From a virus, in the UHGV virus genome UHGV-0030339: a stretch of DNA of 60,348 nucleotides. The stretch is one strand, 5' to 3'. The notes under the pieces were generated by a model, which had not been told where the DNA came from, did no database searches, and saw only the letters and a program-made list of their open reading frames with translations. Position 1 is the stretch's first letter. Every line of letters starts with the position of its first letter. Positions 55,776-60,348 of this stretch are shown here, piece by piece. A program made the translations under genes and the position numbers.

Positions 55776-58078
55776 TACTCCACCACCTTCCTAGCCTTTA
55801 ATGTGCCGCTCCAAGCACCGCTATAATTTAGCTCGTTTTGATATGCACGTATCATTGTCTTATCCCTGTCTTTCAATTCCAGAAAGAATAAATCATTAGC
55901 ATCTGTACGTGGGTCTCCATTCCAAGGGATTTGATAATCAACATCGCCTAGATAATATTCTGCTAACCATTCTTCCTGGTCCTTCGCCAACTTTTCTTCA
56001 CTGATGAGCGGATTATTCCATGTCTTATTCACTCCTGTATCATTGTGCTTTGCAGTATAAGACTTTTCTAATACCACATATTCGTATCCGCTTACAGAAA
56101 TCTGAATGGAATCCCCGACTGTACCTGTAACTTTGATATTCGCATAATAATTGCTGCTCGATACTATTTCGACCACTGCTGTTCCTGAAGTAACAGATAC
56201 TTCCAGTCCATATGCAGGATTTGTAAAATATATCGTCTTTGTTATTTCTTCGCTATCAAGTGTCAATTCCTCTGATGTCAATTCAGTGATTTCCGCTTGC
56301 GACATGCTGTATATATTTCGTTTAACCGTAATGGACTGAATTTTCTCTTGCCTAGTAGCTACAGGAGATCCTTTTAAATTAAAATCTCGTGACAGCGTAT
56401 AATCTGTTGAGTCTCCAAATGATACTTTATCAACTGTTATCCTTGCATTAGGATATCCTTTCGAAAAAACGATTTCCATTTCATCGAATTTTTCAAGTTG
56501 TTCTTTATACTCACTATGCAGTTGTGGATTTTCTATCTCAATATCTTGTACCTGTTCTTGTTGATAATAAGTGATAATATGGTATTTCTGAGGTGCTACA
56601 TTACGAAAATCAATTGAAAATCCAAAACATGTGTATCCTGTTTCTAAGTCAATATTAATTTTAGGAATATCTTCAAAATCACCATTTGAATCCGCTATAC
56701 TATCACTAACGTACCCTGTATCTTTTGAGTACTCCGCTTCATTCTCCGGCAGAAACAAAACAGATCCGTCAACCAATGAAAAATCATTACTATACATGGC
56801 ATAGCCTATACGCTGATCTTGTTTCAAAACATTCTCAACATGGCTAAACTTTGTCTCGTTGTTAGCAGCTTTAATACCGGCCGGTAAAACATCCGCTCCT
56901 GGATACAAAAATCTACTCGGATATACAAGATCAATACCGGCACTGGCATACATGTCTGGCAGAAATGATGATTTTATCCATACCCTTCCTTGCCGGTCAA
57001 CACTTAATACACATCTGCCTGCATTTGAGATTATCTGTAATGCCTCTGAATGTTTTACCACCGGAACAGGATTATACACCTTAACATTTTGCAAATATGG
57101 ATCAACCACGTACTCATCTGTTTTCATACCGGCATCTTCCAGTACATCTAATGCCAAATCATAAAGTGATATTCCTTCTGGTCTATACAATCCCCTGTAA
57201 TACGTCCCATTCAATTTCCAGTCAAACACATCAACCATTGTGAATTTGGCTTCTGTATCAGTTGCGCTCCAAGATTTTAAAAATGCTGTAATTTCAGGAA
57301 CCCATTCAATATTCCTAGTCCCATCCAGATCATATCCAAATGACACTTTCATTTGCTGTCCTTGTTCCATATAAGCAACTGCTGATTCTGGATTATCTGG
57401 ATTGTAATATAGGTTCTGATTATCTACAGTCAAAGTCATATCTTGGCTTGGAAGCGATTCACAAATCGTTGATACATAATCCTTATAAGTAAATGATTTC
57501 ACTTGCTTATTTGAGAAAGTATTTGAAATTCCACATGTAAATTCCAAAATCCTCATTCTTCCCTGCCCATTAACCATTGTCAGTGGGGTTATCCGCAAGA
57601 AAGAAATAGCATCGAATGTATCTTCTGTAACGAAATTCCGGGAAGAATTTTCATAGGTTTGTGTGCCATTATCAGATTGAACTGTAAATGAAGTTGGGTA
57701 ATATTCGCCAAAATCAATTGTCAAGCCTTTTATGTCTGCCACATTGCCGTCAAAGTTAATATATACTGAGCCTTGGATTTTATCTGGAACCAAGCCATTA
57801 TTGTAATAGGCATATCCGTCATCCTGCTCTGGAAGAAAATACATTGTGCCGTCAACCTTGGCAAAATCTTCTTCCAGTGTAGCGTATACCTGGCTAACTG
57901 TATTACCTTTAAATGCTGCTGTTGTATTTGCAAAATAGGCAAAATCATTGTCTGCTTCACTTGCCACTATATTATTTTGTGCTATTGAACTAATAATACC
58001 AATCCTGGCAGTGATATAACCACGATTCCTATTAGGTTTTCGCATGGCTTTTTTATAAGCTGCACTTACAGTTTGCAT
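55775..58078 (-). CDS. tail-associated protein (Tal-like, prophage tail endopeptidase family N-terminus)
   Basis: 767 aa following a Dit-position gene. Confidence 0.55.
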   Translation of the reverse strand: MQTVSAAYKKAMRKPNRNRGYITARIGIISSIAQNNIVASEADNDFAYFANTTAAFKGNTVSQVYATLEEDFAKVDGTMYFLPEQDDGYAYYNNGLVPDKIQGSVYINFDGNVADIKGLTIDFGEYYPTSFTVQSDNGTQTYENSSRNFVTEDTFDAISFLRITPLTMVNGQGRMRILEFTCGISNTFSNKQVKSFTYKDYVSTICESLPSQDMTLTVDNQNLYYNPDNPESAVAYMEQGQQMKVSFGYDLDGTRNIEWVPEITAFLKSWSATDTEAKFTMVDVFDWKLNGTYYRGLYRPEGISLYDLALDVLEDAGMKTDEYVVDPYLQNVKVYNPVPVVKHSEALQIISNAGRCVLSVDRQGRVWIKSSFLPDMYASAGIDLVYPSRFLYPGADVLPAGIKAANNETKFSHVENVLKQDQRIGYAMYSNDFSLVDGSVLFLPENEAEYSKDTGYVSDSIADSNGDFEDIPKINIDLETGYTCFGFSIDFRNVAPQKYHIITYYQQEQVQDIEIENPQLHSEYKEQLEKFDEMEIVFSKGYPNARITVDKVSFGDSTDYTLSRDFNLKGSPVATRQEKIQSITVKRNIYSMSQAEITELTSEELTLDSEEITKTIYFTNPAYGLEVSVTSGTAVVEIVSSSNYYANIKVTGTVGDSIQISVSGYEYVVLEKSYTAKHNDTGVNKTWNNPLISEEKLAKDQEEWLAEYYLGDVDYQIPWNGDPRTDANDLFFLELKDRDKTMIRAYQNELNYSGAWSGTLKARKVVE

Positions 58079-58084
58079 TTGCTA

Positions 58085-58513
58085 TCACTCCAGTCCTGCA
58101 TCAATCAGATTAAACTTGCAGTTTTCATACTTGGTTACTATATGGCTCTCCGGATCTGCGAACAATGGTTTAGCTTCACGGTCTCCAGGATACATTGTTA
58201 TGGTTATCGGCTTTCCGGTTCTATAATCTTCAAATGTTACCGGAACGTAAAAAGGTTCAACTGCTCTCAACATCATCTGCCAGACTTCCGGTTCAAGCAT
58301 GGCCCATTCAAGGTTATTCAGCTTATACAGATCTCTACCCACTCGTTGACCTATGACGGCATTGTTAGCATTTCTTCCGGCATTGACAGTTGTTGTGATG
58401 ATATAACTAAATCCAGCCTTAGGACAGGGAAAGTCATATCCATTCACGTTCAGGAAAGCTGTTAGACCTGATCCAGTAACCTTTGTTGTTTGCGCCATTA
58501 AGTACACCTCCAT
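58085..58513 (-). CDS. distal tail protein-position gene (short, 142 aa)
   Basis: position upstream of Tal. Confidence 0.35.
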   Translation of the reverse strand: MEVYLMAQTTKVTGSGLTAFLNVNGYDFPCPKAGFSYIITTTVNAGRNANNAVIGQRVGRDLYKLNNLEWAMLEPEVWQMMLRAVEPFYVPVTFEDYRTGKPITITMYPGDREAKPLFADPESHIVTKYENCKFNLIDAGLE

Positions 58514-58936
58514 TCATTGGCAGTAATCTTTTTATCCCCCAAAAGGTAAAATCAGGGGACTTTTTCTTTTTAGATTATTACGTAAGTAATAATCTTTTTC
58601 TTTTTAATTTCTTACATTCTTATATTCTTACATTCTTTATATTCTTACATTCTTGTTTTGTGGTCCGCCTGGTAGTTCAAGTGGTGGTTCAACAGGTAGT
58701 CCATTAGGTGGTTCAATAGGTAGTTCATCTGGTGGTTCGTTGGTTGGTTCAATATTTTTTCAAAAAGTCCGCAAACCGTTGATTTTACTAGCTTTTTCGG
58801 CTATCAATATCAGTTCGCCAGTTGGTTCACATACATAACACTACTTGAGCACCAAAGTGAACACCAACCACACACCAAAACGATCACTCAGCGATCACGT
58901 TTTTTGGGTGCATTTTACCGACTGGAATGAGCTGAT

Positions 58937-59563
58937 TTAAAGCTCATAATCTGGATAAACAGCTTCCCAAACATCTTTATGATAAGCATTAATCGACCCA
59001 TAATTAGCGTCGAAGATCTTCTTGACTTCGTACCCCATACGTTCCCCAGCCTCTTTTAGCCTTCTCCATTTGAATGTTTTCCAAGAAACATTATTCAGTG
59101 CTGCTACTCGCTTGATAGAGTACCAATCTTTGCTTGTATCAAGCTGTGCCTGTAGCTCTGCTTCCCGATCCAGGCTTTCCAAAAGCTGTGCGATAGCGTC
59201 CCGGTAAGACATCGGCATATTCATCTTATCGTCTTTCTTCTGGAAGTAATTGTCAACTAGGCGGTCATACACTTCCCATGCCTGATCCGTATTCAGTGAC
59301 TTAGCGTGAAGAAAAGCACCTTTTTCTGTCCAGAGGTAAATTGTTTTTGCATTTTTCAGACCGTCGTGATTTTCCAGACGGTTCACAAATAAGGTCTTTT
59401 CTTCGTTTTCAAGTTTTATAAAATGTTTTCCTTCTACAAAACGATCAATATTGTGGTTAAAATTGTACGAGATTGTTTTTCTGTCCGTTCCATACGCTTC
59501 CGCAATCTGCTGTGTGGTCAATACTCTCTGGCATCTGTACTCTGTTACTGTTAATCCTTCCAT
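58937..59563 (-). CDS. ORF6N-domain antirepressor-like protein (paralog of 1224..1856)
   Basis: RVLTTQQIAEAYGTDRKTISYNFNHNIDRFVEGKHF. Confidence 0.55.
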   Translation of the reverse strand: MEGLTVTEYRCQRVLTTQQIAEAYGTDRKTISYNFNHNIDRFVEGKHFIKLENEEKTLFVNRLENHDGLKNAKTIYLWTEKGAFLHAKSLNTDQAWEVYDRLVDNYFQKKDDKMNMPMSYRDAIAQLLESLDREAELQAQLDTSKDWYSIKRVAALNNVSWKTFKWRRLKEAGERMGYEVKKIFDANYGSINAYHKDVWEAVYPDYEL

Positions 59564-59874
59564 CCAATTATCTCCTTCTGTATTTTAAGCAACAAAAAAC
59601 GCCCACCAGACATAGATTTTCTACATCTAGTGAGCGTGATTCTTAAACTGTTTTTGCCGTCCTTGCTCAGCTCGTCCTATCCTTTAAGCCTTGTTTTTCC
59701 CGCAACGGCTATTGGGCAAAGCTGATGGATTCGGCTAAATTTTACCCTTTTATTATACCTGTTTTGGGCTGGAATATCAAGGTTTCTTGAGCATTTACCT
59801 CAGTCTTCTACTAAAATAAAATCTGTCAAGTTCTTCCAAGCGGTCAAGATAATCGTCTGCGGTTTTCCCAAGGT

Positions 59875-60080
59875 CTGTGAAGTGGTGAACTACCCATTGT
59901 CTAAAGCCAATGGGCTTCCTGCTTCCCTGACCTCGTAACCTACTATCTCCACAGGCGTTAATTCGGGCAGTTCCTGCCCTATGTTGTTATTCCTTTTATG
60001 CTATTTGTCTTAATCCTTCTTCCAGTATATTCTTCGCCGCATTGATATCCCTGTCATGATTCGTTCCACAGACGGGACAT
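59875..60080 (-). ncRNA. candidate TnpB omega-RNA (reRNA) scaffold covering the tnpB 3' end and RE
   Basis: established architecture of IS200/IS605 TnpB systems; no sequence-specific verification possible here. Confidence 0.35.
59893..59914 (-). repeat. IS right-end subterminal hairpin
   Basis: cccattggctttagacaatggg (minus strand). Confidence 0.7.
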
Positions 60081-60348
60081 ATCCATTCCCTTACTGTCAG
60101 ATTTTTCGTCTCTGTATTTTGGTATCCACAGACTGAACACAACTGACTACTGGCATAGAAGGTATCTATTTTGACATATTCCCTTCCATTCCATTTTGCC
60201 TTGTATTCCAACTGCCTTGTCAGCTCATACCATGATACATCACTTATTGACTTTGCCAGATGATGATTTTTTACCATATTCTTTATCTGCAAATTCTCCG
60301 AGACTATCACTTGGTTTTCGCTGATAATCTCATGGGATATCTTGTGAA
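59996..60348 (-). CDS. tnpB: TnpB C-terminal part (RuvC-II E, zinc finger, RuvC-III)
   Basis: ...[44 protein letters not shown]. Confidence 0.85.
   Translation of the reverse strand, partial: HKISHEIISENQVIVSENLQIKNMVKNHHLAKSISDVSWYELTRQLEYKAKWNGREYVKIDTFYASSQLCSVCGYQNTETKNLTVREWICPVCGTNHDRDINAAKNILEEGLRQIA

Larger units (their letters stand above)
59875..60348 (-). mobile_element. IS200/IS605 element, right-end portion (tnpB 3' part plus RE)
   Basis: TnpB C-terminus, RE hairpin at 59893-59914. Confidence 0.8.

Overview
The window is a complete circular ~60.3-kb temperate siphovirus-like phage genome from a low-GC Firmicutes (Clostridia-like) host. The evidence for circularity is a TnpB reading frame that runs off coordinate 1 on the minus strand and continues seamlessly at coordinate 60348. 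Almost all genes are on the minus strand. Read in minus-strand order, the late region runs terS, a moron block (MazG, DUF3310, two tRNAs), terL, portal, Mu-F-like protein, scaffold, lambda D/E-like decoration and capsid proteins, connector, an XhlA-like protein plus holin, tail completion proteins, the major tail protein, tail assembly chaperones G/GT with a -1 frameshift, a CHAP endolysin, a terminator, and the tape measure protein. It then continues through an accessory island (Rha, RHH, two ORF6N antirepressors split by a complete IS200/IS605 element with tnpA and tnpB), then Dit, Tal and tail fiber proteins, and a tail-fiber gene with an invertible alternative C-terminal cassette. The early region has two Cro/CI-like switches with operator repeats, an antirepressor, an SbcC-like ATPase, RecT, SSB, an MBL hydrolase, a replisome organizer plus G39P-like loader with internal iterons, PAPS-reductase-like and GIY-YIG proteins, a large serine integrase, and a block of compositionally odd moron genes. 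The highlight is a canonical diversity-generating retroelement (RT, Avd, a 74-bp template repeat and two variable repeats with adenine-only differences). It diversifies two tandem small DUF1566/C-type-lectin-like proteins located in the early recombination module rather than in the virion genes. Other signals are a ~650-bp purine-rich ORF-free hairpin-rich region (candidate large ncRNA), a 300-nt structured spacer between the two tRNAs, and helically phased GAACCA repeats upstream of terS.
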